Part shown: positions 34,901 through 46,845 of the stretch, piece after piece | Numbering within the stretch: position 1 is the stretch's first letter | How the letters are laid out: every line of letters begins with the position of its first letter | Assembly: GCA_020891255.1 (NCBI GenBank) | Contig: BQFW01000010.1 | Span: 1,302,001-1,366,000, forward strand | Source of the DNA: Entomortierella parvispora E1425 | Taxonomy: Eukaryota > Fungi > Mortierellomycota | DNA: 64,000 bases | Reading direction: 5' to 3' | Program-made: the position numbers and the translations under genes | The notes under the pieces: model-generated | What the model was told of the DNA's origin: nothing | Seen by the model: only the letters and a program-made list of their open reading frames with translations | The model's database searches: none

Positions 34901-37228
34901 CTCTTCGATCTGATCATCATTCAAGGGAGCAATGAAGGCCTCCGTTAGGAGTTCAGTCGAGGACAGACCGTAACAGGCCAGTGCATCCTGCTGGGGTGTG
35001 AAATAGGAACGATACTCTGGACTAAGGTATTGTGTCCGACAGGAGACGATCATTTTAGTCCTCCATTGATTCAGTTCGCTAAACCGGCTGTTGGTGTAAA
35101 GGTTGGATCGACTTTGGCTCTCGTCGTATCCATCGCAGATCAGAATGAATTCGCGCGTACGCAGATCAGCCATGTTTGATTCCGAGAACACCTTCAGACT
35201 CTTCAGATGCTGCTCTGTCAAATTATCTTCCGAGTGTCGAACCGCCTTCAGGTCGATGAGGAGTGGAATTCGACCACCCTGTCTGTAAGAATTCCACAAA
35301 TCCTGCTCCAGTATCGAGTTAAAGGTCGACTTTCCTGTGCCAGAGTCGCCAAGAATAAGCATGACAAGCCCATTACCTCCCAAAAATTGGTGAACGCGCT
35401 CCAGCAAAGGTTTTGGATTCTCATCCAAGGCTTGCAGGTTTGACTTTGACATGGTTGGAATATAAACAGTATGTCGACTGTATGCTTCCAACCGATGGTA
35501 TCGGAGACGTTCAAGAATAAGCTCGAGATCAGGGTTATCGTGAGCCCCTCTCAGTAGTGAAGATGAAGTCGCTAAACAATGGCAGTTTATCGCCACACAT
35601 GGTTGTCGAAGTCGTTGCTCTCTCCCAAGTCCTGCATATTCACACTCGCTGACCCGGTCACGCGCTCGCTGTTGGACCATGTCACTGTTGAGATTACTTG
35701 ATGGACCGGTATTTGGGAGCTCTGAGATGTGGCGGAGGAGTGTAAGAATCCATCTGCAGACGTCTAGGTCATGGTCTGATGCTGAGTTACTCTTGAACAA
35801 TTCTCCAAGAAATTCTACTGCCTCCCTACGCGGAGTTACATCCCACAGTGGGTCGACGGCTATCGTGCCAAGAATTGTGCAGACCCCCCACTGGAAAAAT
35901 GAGTCGTGACGGCAAGCACTGTTGTTGATCAGCTGGTTGAACTCGACCAGTCGACCTTCGATTGCCATGGCTTCCGCCTTCCAAACATCATGGATCCATG
36001 GATTACTATCCTCTGATGCAAAATTTTGCTGCAGACATTTCACGAGTCCTCGTCCACTCACGGCTATGGCACGAGCTGCCTCTGGTATTCCACTAAAGTC
36101 CAGTTGGATGGCAGCTGATCCTCTTAGCAATCCTTCCAAAAGGCCAATGACGTTGCGAGTTACTCCTTGTCTCACTGTCTCATCATCGGGGACTAGCCGC
36201 AAGGTCCGGTACGCGTACTCGACTTGGTATTTTACCATTGGATCCGCGTGCTTCCTCAAATTTGACAGAATCTCGAGCAAAGGCTGGTGTTCACGTTCGC
36301 GGTTCATGTTCACTCCACTTTCCACCATTATAACGAGCACCTTGGAGATGGCAGTCGTCAGATGGATGATGTACTCTGTGTCCCGCTGAGTGCGCAGATG
36401 GTCTCGAACGGTATGAAAGATCTTAGTGAGCACGTTTGCTTGAAGATGGAGCGGAGGGGCACATTCGACCAAGCTGATAAGTCCTTCAACGAGGTGGATG
36501 TTGGGATCAGTATCTTTCTCGAGTTCGAAGAGGAAGCGATTGATCAAGGCTCGGTAAAGGTCCTTTCCCAGAACAGGCCCAAGGAGAATGATCTCGCGAA
36601 TGGCATCCAGTGGTTTGCTCGGGAGAGCGATAAACGTATCTACCATCCGGTTCATCAATTGCTGAATGTATCCCTTTTCAAGCACACGGCCTTCCATTTC
36701 CTGAATCCACTTGTGAGAAGAAGCGGGTTCGTCCATGCTGGTGTCTATGTCGGCGGATGCTGAATCAGACGTTCTACCGGCAGTCCACGCGAGAAGCTTG
36801 GCACAAGCAACTAGCTGAGCTGTTGTCTCTATGCGTCCTCCAGCTTTTGGTAATGGAGTACCTTCCTTTATTTTGGAGGCATTCGCTGAGAAGATATTGG
36901 ACGGTACAGTCTTAACGTTCCAAATGACGGGTGGGGAGTATTCCGTATTGCTGATGTCTCTAGAAGGGCTTGGCACTCCAAATGATGTACTTGGCGATGA
37001 GCTGGACGTGGATCCCCCAGTTGCTGTCGAGGCTGGTGTCGACTTCGGCCTGGTCTTTGGTACCGTCAGGGTTGATGGTGGAGTTCCTGATTTTGAAACA
37101 GCATGCGGGGCTCCTACTGATATTGGCAGTTTGATGATACCAGAAAGAGCGCTTGCCAAGCTTTTTTTTGAAGCAGATGCGCTGCTATCCCAGGCGTGGG
37201 GCTTCGTCAGACTAGGCGACTTGGTCAT
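31943..37228 (-). CDS. NLR-like protein: Arm-like N-terminus, NACHT NTPase, pentapeptide repeats, ~14 WD40 repeats; intronless, 1,761 aa
   Basis: Walker A GDSGTGKS, Walker B LICDGYDE, GADLRGIRVPGADLSGG..ADLSN pentapeptides, and repeated GH..VTSVAYSP.G.QIASGS.DKTVRLWD units. Confidence 0.95.
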   Translation of the reverse strand: MTKSPSLTKPHAWDSSASASKKSLASALSGIIKLPISVGAPHAVSKSGTPPSTLTVPKTRPKSTPASTATGGSTSSSSPSTSFGVPSPSRDISNTEYSPPVIWNVKTVPSNIFSANASKIKEGTPLPKAGGRIETTAQLVACAKLLAWTAGRTSDSASADIDTSMDEPASSHKWIQEMEGRVLEKGYIQQLMNRMVDTFIALPSKPLDAIREIILLGPVLGKDLYRALINRFLFELEKDTDPNIHLVEGLISLVECAPPLHLQANVLTKIFHTVRDHLRTQRDTEYIIHLTTAISKVLVIMVESGVNMNREREHQPLLEILSNLRKHADPMVKYQVEYAYRTLRLVPDDETVRQGVTRNVIGLLEGLLRGSAAIQLDFSGIPEAARAIAVSGRGLVKCLQQNFASEDSNPWIHDVWKAEAMAIEGRLVEFNQLINNSACRHDSFFQWGVCTILGTIAVDPLWDVTPRREAVEFLGELFKSNSASDHDLDVCRWILTLLRHISELPNTGPSSNLNSDMVQQRARDRVSECEYAGLGREQRLRQPCVAINCHCLATSSSLLRGAHDNPDLELILERLRYHRLEAYSRHTVYIPTMSKSNLQALDENPKPLLERVHQFLGGNGLVMLILGDSGTGKSTFNSILEQDLWNSYRQGGRIPLLIDLKAVRHSEDNLTEQHLKSLKVFSESNMADLRTREFILICDGYDESQSRSNLYTNSRFSELNQWRTKMIVSCRTQYLSPEYRSYFTPQQDALACYGLSSTELLTEAFIAPLNDDQIEEYISKYTENTETNGNRARWTKDQYLERLKKITHVMDLIKNPFMLSMILEILPVVAGTTSQMTRVELYDEFVGLHYRNEQKRLIERRSRIKMDSNRLAVFQEIEGPNFIERGIDFSKRLANAIFDKQDGNNSVEYWSIADKESWKRDFFGIEPRTQLLMEACQLIRRTCTPDNPDQTSGKGYSTGSMDTFKFSHSSILEYFYALSIYDPKKGLPLFHSTDHSSHAADSVSSSDHPLSRQTLSKKPAILQFLAERVRCDIKFKGHLDELIQRSKFEPSFRHASSNAITILVRAGKQFNGADLRGIRVPGADLSGGNFDSAKLQNADLSNTVLRNVWLHQANLSHSTMDGVTFGEYPCLKVLRVVQYCVFSPDGKHLDVGLKSGQSLKYDTATWMKEVLPWNTSDFTAIAHSPNDHQTASASGHTVELWDAQTRAVHFSLNGHNARVTSLAYSPNGCRIASGSEDKNVRLWNTQTGLPVSSFDASSFVSSVAYSPSGCQIASGCYDWLVRLWDTKTEDLTFSLKGHSERVTSVAYSPIGHQIASGSYDKTVRLWNAQTGAFILALSGHTGRVTSVAYSPNGHQIASGSTDKTVRLWDAQTGTPLSTLSGHTNGITSVSYSPCGRLIASGSFDWTVRLWDAHTSALASSTNGHTHSVASLAFSPNSLQIASGSWDNSIRLWNAKTGEQISLMRGHDHKVTSVAYSPSGHQLASGSYDKTVRLWDAHTGAFISSLEGHLDKVTSVAISPSGHQIASGSWDQTVRLWNPKTGAFISLSDHTNSVMSVAYSPNGLQIASSSADNTVRLWDAEAGTLAFTLEGHTNRVTSVSYSPSGHHIASGSYDTTVIIWDTRIGTIVSSLRGHTWHVTSVAYSPNDLWIASGSEDKTVRLWDANSGECLLVLDSDLQDIVYSVAWKHTGDDMGLVVGDGARSINSWKVVHDGEQAEVRLNWRSTPDTLVLSNAIINDVRNLSRTNLRLLKQRSAVGRSQSS

Positions 37229-38301
37229 TTTCTGATTCTTGACCTAGGTGTGGGCGATGAGAGATTCAGAAAAAGAGGGAAGGAGGATGCAAATCTTTAG
37301 CGACCCTATTGTGGGTGGACTTGTGGACCTCTATCGAGTATGGTTCTTTCTTTTACTTACCTTTGGATGCACTTCGATTCTACTTTCTAGTTCACTAGCG
37401 ATGTGTGGACCAAATAAAGCGGTCGACTGGGTCTCTCTTGCTGTTTGAAGCGATTTGACAGAAGGGGTTAGTTTTCTGGAAAGCAAGCAGTACCCCCAGT
37501 TTGTTGAGGTGTCGACAGGGTTGGCCGAGGACAGACATACGAACCAGAGGATTGGTCCAAGGAGGTTGGCTCAAAAGAGAGGCAGCGACAGTTGGGAGGA
37601 AAGAAGGAAGGAATTGAATGTCGATCGAGCAAGCACTCTGCTAATGGCTGAATGGAAGGATGAATGCTTGTGGTCCAATGGAGTCAATCAGAAGGAAAAA
37701 GAAGGAGGAACCCACACTTTTTTGCTTCGCCATTCCCACGATCGAACGCCTTTATTTTTCTCCATTTGATATCTGTCACACAGCCAGGAACACGAAGAGA
37801 GCAAGAGACTACAACGTCGTTGGTAGTTGGCCATCGACAGCTGACAAGCGCCTTGACAGTCGAGGTTGAGGTGTCGAAGGAAGTCAAGGAAGTCCGTCGA
37901 CGATAGCAACACGCGTCAACAACGCGACAATTCTCTTCATGGAATAGAGGGGTAAAAAATCATAAACGTCTCTTAATTCATTTTTCTGCCAGAGTCAAAA
38001 TAGAGGAAGGCCAGGACATTGTGGGCTGGTTCAAGTGAACTGCTGCAAGATGAGAAGCCATGTCGAGATGAGGTGTCCCAGCTTCCAGTTGTCTTTCAAA
38101 TACCGCGTCTAATTCGGGGAACTCAGGCATCAACGCTAGGAGCAAAATGCTATTGAAAATGATCGCATGGGGATCCATTATCGCGAGAACTTGACTACTG
38201 CAAAAGAACAGTGCAGTATTTTTTTTTGGTTAATTTTTTTCATGTCAGAAGGATTTTCACATTTATTATTATTTAGAATGAATGAAAGAACCAGTCTGGA
38301 T

Positions 38302-39432
38302 TTAAGCAGCCCAGGAGTCAGTGGCGGGAGCCTCGGACCAGTCAGCGGTGGCGGCATCAGCAGCCCAGTCACCAGCGACGGGGGCAGCGGCCTCAGCACC
38401 CTCGAAAGGAGCAGCCTCACCAGGGGCCCAGGTACCGGCAACGTCAGCGCCAGCGGGCTTCTCAGCAGCGGCGGCAGCGGCCTCCTCCTCAGCCTTCTCT
38501 TCGGGGTCACGGTAGAAGAACATATCGACCATGACGTCCCAAGGAGCGGAGCGGGAGATGGTGCCACGGAGACGGAGGACCTCACGGGCCAACATCCAGT
38601 AGGCAAGACCAATGGCGTGCTTGGAGCGGTTGTTGGTGGGGATGGCAACGTCGACGTAACGGAGGGGAGACTCGGTATCGGCGAAAGCGATAACGGGGAT
38701 GTTGACGTAGGAAGCCTCCTTGATGGCCTGGTGGTCGGTCAAGGGGTCGGTGACGATGATCAAACGGGGCTCCTTGAAGGCACGGGTGATATAGTTGGTG
38801 AAGGTACCGGGGGTGAAGCGACCGGCGATGGCCTGGGCACCGGTGTGCGAGGCGAACTTCAAAGCGGCACGCTGACCGTAGGGGCGGGCAGAGATGACGC
38901 AGATATCAGCGGGGTTCTCGATGGCGACGATGATACGGGCAGCGAGGACGATCTTCTCCCAGGTCTTTCCGATGTTGATGATGTGGAGACCTATTTGTCA
39001 GAGAAACGATATTGGGTACTTTGTTAAGAGGGTGCCTCCAACTTTTTTTGATAGATAGAAAAAAGAGAGCTGTGCCTCCAGCGTCTTTCAATTGCTCGTC
39101 TTTCTCTATAGCCGACTCTGGGTCCACTTCCAGTGAAGGAACAAAGTCCAGACTAGACTGGAGGCCAAGGCGCAGGAAAACTTCCCGAGTCCCACAGTCC
39201 TGATTAGACCAGATCTTGACTCTTCTTTTTTGCTGATCCCCGATCGTCCAAGCAATTCTGATCCCGTCATTTTTTTATCCTTGGTTTGCGTTCTCTTACC
39301 ATCAGCACGACGCTTCCAGACGTAAGGCTCCATGTGAACATCGCAGTTCTTGGTACCCAAGTGGGACTGGGCAGAGAGAAGGAGCTTGATGTCCTCCTCA
39401 GTGGCTTTGAGAATAGCGGGCAATCCAGACAT
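38302..39432 (-). CDS. RPS0: 40S ribosomal protein uS2 (S0/SA), two exons
   Basis: [25 protein letters not shown]| and [30 protein letters not shown]. Confidence 0.98.
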
Positions 39433-39992
39433 GGCGAAAACTAACAGTTGTGATGGATGGATGGAGGTAAGTCATGGTTGATCGAGGGACGTTCGATGAA
39501 GCTGGGAGTGAAGGTTTGTGTTCCTTGTCGAAAGTCGAGATTGTAGGTCCTGATGCAACACGACGTGAATTCGGTTCATCAGCAAATCTCCTTCCAAGGC
39601 ACTCCTGCCCATGTCGTGGGATATATCCACTCTGGTAGCAAACTTGTAAATCATCCATCGATCCCTTGATCAGCCCTTCGCGACTGTATCCAGATCTCCA
39701 TAACATCCATGAACCTCTCTGCTATCGACTGGGATGGATAGTTATGTCCATAGTGTTATCGATGGTCGAAGGTCGTCAAGCATCCATGCCAGCAGATTCG
39801 CTTTCGGGTGTTGCCACAGAACGAATGGAATGATCTTCCACTGAAATCACACATACAAAAATCCGTTTGTTGCGAAAAGGACCGAACCAAATCTCAGCTC
39901 GAGTCTCGTTTTTATTGTGCGCTCAATTAATCACGTGATCATTTTTTGTTTCTTTTCATCCTCGTTTCTGTTTTATTTTCTAGGCTGGACTC

Positions 39993-42900
39993 CTAGCGCT
40001 TGCGCTTCTTCTTGCGGTCATTGTCCGAGTCCGAGTCTGCCTCTCGCTTGGATCCTCCAAACTTCTTGTCATCGGCTATTGAGAGATTGAGAATAAATAA
40101 ATCAGCTTTTGAAAAAATATCACGACAAAACATGCAAAAAAAAAGGACTCAAAAGTCCAAGATATTGGTCCTTACCTCTCTTGGCCTTTTCTTCCAGGGC
40201 ATCCCAATCTTCACCAGACTCCTCGTCCTCATCATCCTCGTCATCCGATCCATTGTCCATGGAAGCATCTGATGCGTACGAACTCTCGTCCGAGGAAGAG
40301 GCAAAATCTGAACCAGACGCCTCAAACTCGGAGCCAGACTCTTCGGATTCTTCAGCATCGGATTCGATCGCCAAGAAGGACCAGCCTCCCTCCTTGTAGA
40401 ACTCTGCCGGATCTTCCTGGATGGTCTTCATGATCGGTCCCCAGTTCAGGTTCACAGGTCCCTCGTAAAAGACAATATCCATCGAGTTCAACCAGTCCTT
40501 GACATTGTCCAATTGAGACATGGGAATGGTGTTCACATGAATGGGCGTCTGGAAGTAGTCCTTAAAGGTAAAGACCATATCAAAATTCTTGAGTCCAAAC
40601 TGAATACGCTCCAAGTGAACAATCTCCACATCTGCAAGAGTGACAACCAAGAAGGGCGACTCGCTCAGGTGCACAAGACAGTCCTGAGTGGGCTTGAGCA
40701 AAACGTTTGTTCTGAACGGCACACCGTTGAAGGCAAGCTCGCGGAAAGGAACATCGGCCTCGACCTTGTTATCACTCTACATTCACAGTTAAAAAAAGAA
40801 GACGAAATTTGTCAGACTCCGCAAGTCTGGGAATTGTTCAACTGTCGCCAATCGACTTCATCACGTCTGCTTACCATCTCGGCAATCTTTTCACTGAACT
40901 GCTTAAACTCCTTGTTAAGAGCAGCACGACGTCTACGTTCCTCCTGTTCTGAAGCTAACTCGTCCTCATCTCCATAGACATATTTGCGACGACGGTTTCC
41001 TGTCTCGTCAAACTGGGCATCCGATGCCTCTCTGTAGAACTGAACATGCTCCGTCTTCTTCTTGCCGATCATGATAGGGTTTTTGAGTTGACAGTGAATC
41101 AAGACAATCAACTCTCCATCGCAAGGCTGGAAGAACAGGTGCTTGATGTTGTTAAATAGAATGTCGATCCTGTTCTCATTCCTGAGAGGCGACACATAGC
41201 GAAGACCGTTTGAGTGAATCTCCAGCTCTCCTGGACGCTTGCCATCCTGACCGGGTCGGGCAAACACATCTGGCAATCTAGGAGGACGCTTGCCTCTGAC
41301 CTCAATCAGCTTATCCTGCTCCACAATATCGGCCAACTCCTTGCGCTCCGATTCCTTCTTCACGGCATTCTTCTTCATCTCCATGATCTGGTTATAAATC
41401 TCCGTCATACGACCGCTGTCGGCACTGCGGAATGACAAGGCGCGGACGAAATCCGAGTTGGGGTCCTCAAATGGCTAGAAATAATCAAACCGTATATAAG
41501 TATATGGTCCAGAGCCATCCTGCAGGTATTATCGTTCGCATCAAGACTTACAATGTCATCCTTCTTTCCAGGCTGGCCAGGTGTGATAAAGTTAAGACGA
41601 AGGTAAACGAATTCGCCTTCATCGGTCTTGGTCGCCTTCTGAAGAGTTGAGATATGGAAAGGAACGGCAAGACCATAGATGGGCAGAACCAAGGTATCGT
41701 TTCTCTGATCCACAACAATTCGGAGACTGCTGACCTCTTTGGGCAGAGCTGTATCTCTCTTGTAACTCTCAAACTTGCGGAAGGCTGCTCTTTGGTCGTC
41801 CTTCTTCAAGCTGCCGCCATCGCCGTAACGCTCTAGACCTTCGGCGTGCTTCTGCTCCGCTAGAAGCTTTTGGTGCTCCTTGCGAGAAAGTTCCTTGCTA
41901 GCATCCTCCTGCTCACTACGGAGCTTTGTGTTCAAAACTGCCGACTTTGCGGCACGCTGAAGAGTCGAGGACTCTGTCTTGACAGGCTCATCCTCAGCTG
42001 GATCCTTGAAGACATAAGAAATGTCCGAGAGACTGGTATCGCACACTGTCAAAATCTGGGCTGACTCGTGGGTGATGCGAACAGTATCGATCAACAAGAG
42101 AGAGTACCTACAATACAACGGCAAAAGACAGTGGTCAGTAAAGCAGGTTGATAATGAAGAAGAAGACAGCCTATGTGGTCACCCCTCGTCGCTTACTTTT
42201 TAGAGCGCTCGTCGGTTGCTTTGGGATTCTCAATATCCTGGAATCCTACTGACAAGCTGAAGATCATATCGGCCTGAAGCTCCTTGTTGTTCTTTCCGTT
42301 CAAAAGGTAGCTGGCTTCCCTGAACTCGATTCCGGTCTATATAATGAAGCGGGGCCATTTTTAGTCCAAGAGAACAACGAAGAGTTGACGATTCACATAG
42401 AGGTCTGAAATTTAAATATAGCCCTGACACTTACACCAAATCCAATGTTCTTGACAAATTTCTTTTCTAGGTCGGGTCTCTTGTTGCGGATAAAGTCCAT
42501 AGCTCTTGCGTACACGTCCTTGATCTTTGCCCCCTCCTTCATGGCATCGAGGATCTTCCGCTGAACATCCAGCAAAAAGGTATAGTTCTTCTCCTGTGCC
42601 TTGTTGGGATCGATGAGGAAGGTACGTCCAATGTTGGAGCAGTAGGATCGGTAACGAACACCAAGTGAACAGATAATCGTTCCTGCATGCAACTCCTTGT
42701 CGTTCGACTCTGCTGAGGTCTTCAAATCATAGTCGCCTCCACTCTGAATGATGGGGGTGTAGCACCACTCGGGGTTCCCTGAAATGGCCTATTAAACCAT
42801 TTTTTTTCCAGAGAGAATTAGTTTGCATGGGTTCATTCTCAAAACAAATAGAAATTGCAAACTTCCTCAGAGCAATACTCACATCAGCAGGGAATTTTAA

Positions 42901-44265
42901 CCGCGTGTACTTTGACTCATCCAAAAGGACTTCCTCAGTCTGATCGGCAAAATCCGAATGAGTGATATTGCGTTCCTCATCAATCAATTTCCACATCTCC
43001 TCGATAAAGTAGTTCTTCATCATAAGTGAGCTCAATTTGGTCGCGCTTTTAGTGGATCTCTGTCAGAGGAAAAAAACATAATGCAGGTATTAGCTTCGGT
43101 CATCAGAAAAAAAAGGGGGGATTTGGGCATGAAAGGTGTGCCATTCTTACGAGTTCCTCGTCGTCCTTGATGGCAAACACATCAGCAACGCCTGCAGAGA
43201 CATCCACGTTCTCAAATTTCTTTGGGGATTCTTCCAAAACAGCTTTCCAGGAACTGGCAAAGTTTCCAATAGGAACGTCCTTTGCAAAAATGCCAACACG
43301 ATCCTAACAGAAATAATCCAGCAGTATTAGTATGGAGATGCCTATAGCACAACAGCAAATAGTCCTAGTCAGGAGGCGCAATCGATTGCTACATGACATC
43401 AACATCCAACATACTCCTTGCTTGGCCATAATGTCAACAATCTTTTGGAACAGTTCCTTGTTGTGAGCCTCATCCTTGCTACGGGCATGGATCTCGATAG
43501 GGAATTGTGGGCCATCCCATGTCTTTAAAGCTTCGAGGATTTTGGCTATAAAAGTGTCCAGGCACAATCGATAATTATGATATCACATTAGGATCCAACC
43601 ATGTCGACACAACCTAGCCGCTACACCACACTCTTCCCTCTTCGACTTCAGCGACATACCTTTGTTAGCTCCAGTGACAATGTGAAGCGTGTCATAAGTA
43701 AAAAGCATCAAGGTCTGTGTGAGCTCATAGCCAAAGAGCCAGATCTACAAGAGTAAAACAAATATCGCGATGGAAAGAACAGTCAGTGCTGCTTCTTCCC
43801 TTTCCCTTTGGCACAAACGACTGCGCAAGAACAAACGAAAAACTGCTTTCACAGTCAAGGAGCCTGTGCGCTGCTGCTGCTGCTGTTTTCTTACCTGCAA
43901 CGCCGTCGTCTTTTGATAAATAACTTCGTCGTCGTTGAGGTTTCCGAGAAGAACCAACAACGAGTTGGTGTTCTGGAAGAGGTCGTCGGCACCATTGGAG
44001 TGCTATAAAGGGATGAGTAGTTGTTTTCAGGAAGAGGAAGGTACATTGTTAGTCCAGATGCATTCCATCCTGATACGCGTTTTATGCGCTGTTTATGATT
44101 CCTCGAGATTGAGGGTCCAAAAACAGAGTCCAGTGCTGCTGAGAAGGAAAAGGTTCAAGCCGAGAAAGGCAAGCCTGACCGTGACGGTACCTTCCAATGA
44201 TTGACAAGACCTCTGGCCCTCCGGTGAAAGAGGCGTGCGTCGATGGTGACCTCTACGGACGGCAT
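39993..44265 (-). CDS. SPT16: FACT complex subunit Spt16, multi-exon
   Basis: [69 protein letters not shown] and an acidic C-terminal tail. Confidence 0.97.
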
Positions 44266-45241
44266 CGTTGATTGTCGGTGTTGATGTCGAAGAGAAGTGA
44301 TCCGCCTCGCTGTGTGCCGCCACTTTTGTCTTTTGAGGGCTGGGCACATGTAGTCACGTGAGATTTTATTTGACCTGCCAAGCCACCCAGCGGAATCATC
44401 AGTTTGGCGACTTTGGCCAAAACGGCGTTGAAGTTCTCCCTCGCTCCCTCAGGGCCAACACGTAGGTCTTCAGGAAAGATAGCGATTCTTTCATTCATTT
44501 GCACACAAACATCTTTCCAACGCATTGGCAGCTCGACGGTGGATATTTAGTGTTCGTCGATGATGATGAATTGGGGTTTCCAGCACTGTTCGCAGGCCGG
44601 TGGTCAAATGTTCTTTGGGCGCAGCCCTTGTCGACCTGTGAAGAACATCTATTATTCTCCATGGACTTAGTCAAGGCTCCTAGCACTGCTTCTCCCTTTC
44701 ATATCACCCAAGGAAAAGAGAAGGAGTATGGCTATGGCCCACTCCGCTGATTGTCCACCGTCGACCCTATCTCTTCATAGACAGACGCTACAAATGACCC
44801 GAAGGCACTGACATGTTCTCTTTCGGCTGTGGGTAACCGAGAGGGATGGACCGTACCTTGTCTGAATAAGGCAAAGCTGTGCGTCATCACCATGCCATGA
44901 TTGCTATAACTGACACCCATCCCCGCCGCAGTTGCACGCTGGTTCTCTTGCCACGCTGTTGTTTGACCCTTTTTGACTCAAGGTTCCCTCCACTTTGTCC
45001 TTGCTCTCAACTTGGAAATATAAATGGCAACGCCGCCATTTTTTTTCTTCCCATCGACCCTTGACCAGCCTCTTTTTTTTATTTCTCTCTCGTTCTTTTT
45101 CTCTCTCTCTCATCCTCTCTTCCTTGATCCCCCTCTTAACCTCCCCTTATCGCAAAAAAAAAAAGTCCATCGAAGATGACTCTTCATTTCCCGCCTCAAC
45201 AGAGTACTCAGCTGGAATCCGCCAAGAAAAAGGCCAGCGAC

Positions 45242-46004
45242 ATGACTCCGGAGGAGTTTGATCAACTCGCCCAGCTCCACGACTCCTTCAAGCCTCTTTG
45301 GGTCACTCCCACCATCCAGGCTGGACCCATACTGCCCTCGGACAAGGACGATTTGGTTGGGTATATGAACGATGAACGTGTCTACAGCTTTTTAATTGGG
45401 CCCCCCAACCCTTACTTGCCCGAACACGCTGATCACTGGATCCGGACTCGAGTCAGCAGAATGACCATCAAGGGTTCCCCATTGCACCTTGCCCTCCGTG
45501 ATATGGAGAAGGGTGGCAAGCTTATTGGATCTGTCGGTTGCTCGGACGAACTGGACGAGAACCTGGATGGCGATGACACAGGGTGAGATAACACCTCCCC
45601 TACGGGGCGAGTGACGATAACAGACCATATAAATGGGAGAAGAGGCTCTGCTACACCAACGAGATCTGCTAACGCTTATTCTACCGAATAGATACTGGCT
45701 TTCCCCCGACTACCATGGACAGGGTATCATGGCCAAAGCCCTAAGACTGGTGCTGCAGGAGATCTCCATCAAGGAAGTTGGAAAACGCAAATACAACTCA
45801 TGTGCAAACGTCGGTAACTGGGCCAGTCGCAAAACCATGGAGAAAGTCGGCTTTGTGGTCCAGCCCGACATTCAAATCGGCCTCAAGGATGGAGTTGAAG
45901 TTCATCAGTGGCGGCTCCGTCTGTATTTAACAGAGGAGGACTTGGCCACTCGAGAGGTTGCGATCGAGGCTACACCTCTACCTTCTTTAGTCGGGGCCAA
46001 ATAA
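45242..46004 (+). CDS. GNAT acetyltransferase, RimJ/RimL family, two exons
   Basis: GKLIGSVG..DTG|YWLSPDYHGQGIMAKAL..NWASRKTMEKVGF. Confidence 0.88.
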
Positions 46005-46157
46005 TACTAGTCGATATGATGGATCTCGTCAATTGCAAAGTTGTCAAATACCAAACAAAAGAATGAACTGAATTATCTCTCGTGAGGGTTTATTTCGCGC
46101 TGAATACCATGCAATGCACAGTTCTTACTTCTATGAACGATCTACATGAAAAAAATT

Positions 46158-46565
46158 CTACAACTGAGCAATCTCAGTATCACCAGGTGCAAACTTGAGA
46201 CTGACACTGTTGACACAATGACGCTCATCCGTTGGCGTGGGGTAACCTTCTCCCTTGAAGACATGACCCAAGTGACCTCCACAGGCGTTACAAACAATCT
46301 CGATCCGGCGACCGTCCGCATCGGGCACTCTGCCTACCGCGCCTGGGACCGCATCAAAGAACGCAGGCCAACCGCAATGGGCTGTGAACTTTTGGTTGGA
46401 GGTATAAAGTGGTGCTTGACATCCTGCGCAGCGGTAGACGCCCTTGTCTGTGGTCTTGACATATTCGCCCGTGTAAGGCATCTCGGTGCCCTTTTCTCGC
46501 AGGACTCGGAATTGCTCCTTGTTGAGAACTGCGCGCCATTCGTCGTTGGTCTTTGTATGGGCCAT
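46158..46565 (-). CDS. MXR2: Peptide methionine-R-sulfoxide reductase MsrB
   Basis: LREKGTE, YRCAGC..LY, CGWPAF, EIVCNACGGHLGHVF, RHCVNSVSL. Confidence 0.96.
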   Translation of the reverse strand: MAHTKTNDEWRAVLNKEQFRVLREKGTEMPYTGEYVKTTDKGVYRCAGCQAPLYTSNQKFTAHCGWPAFFDAVPGAVGRVPDADGRRIEIVCNACGGHLGHVFKGEGYPTPTDERHCVNSVSLKFAPGDTEIAQL

Positions 46566-46845
46566 TTTGGGAGTGTGTGGGCCAGCTTGTTTGTTTGTGA
46601 ATGCGAGGAATGTAAAAGTTGGAGTTGAGAATGCAAGATGATTGCACAGAGCCCTTTTTATTCAACAAAAAAAAAATGTGGCTCTGTCGATCGGCGGATT
46701 CGCGACAACGGATCGGACATGAAAATTGTGCGCTTTTGGGCTTGGCCATCAAAATGCGCGCGAATGCTGGCTGACAAATGTACAGACTTTCTTTATTATT
46801 CTAGAGGGATATCGTACAATGTATTGTACACGGAGCAGGATATTT

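Noticed and set aside
38167-39027. 286-aa plus-strand ORF
   Set aside because: Antisense shadow of the codon-biased RPS0 gene.
38992-39295. H/ACA snoRNA in the RPS0 intron
   Set aside because: An ANANNA and an ACA exist, but the segment between them is too short for a second hairpin.
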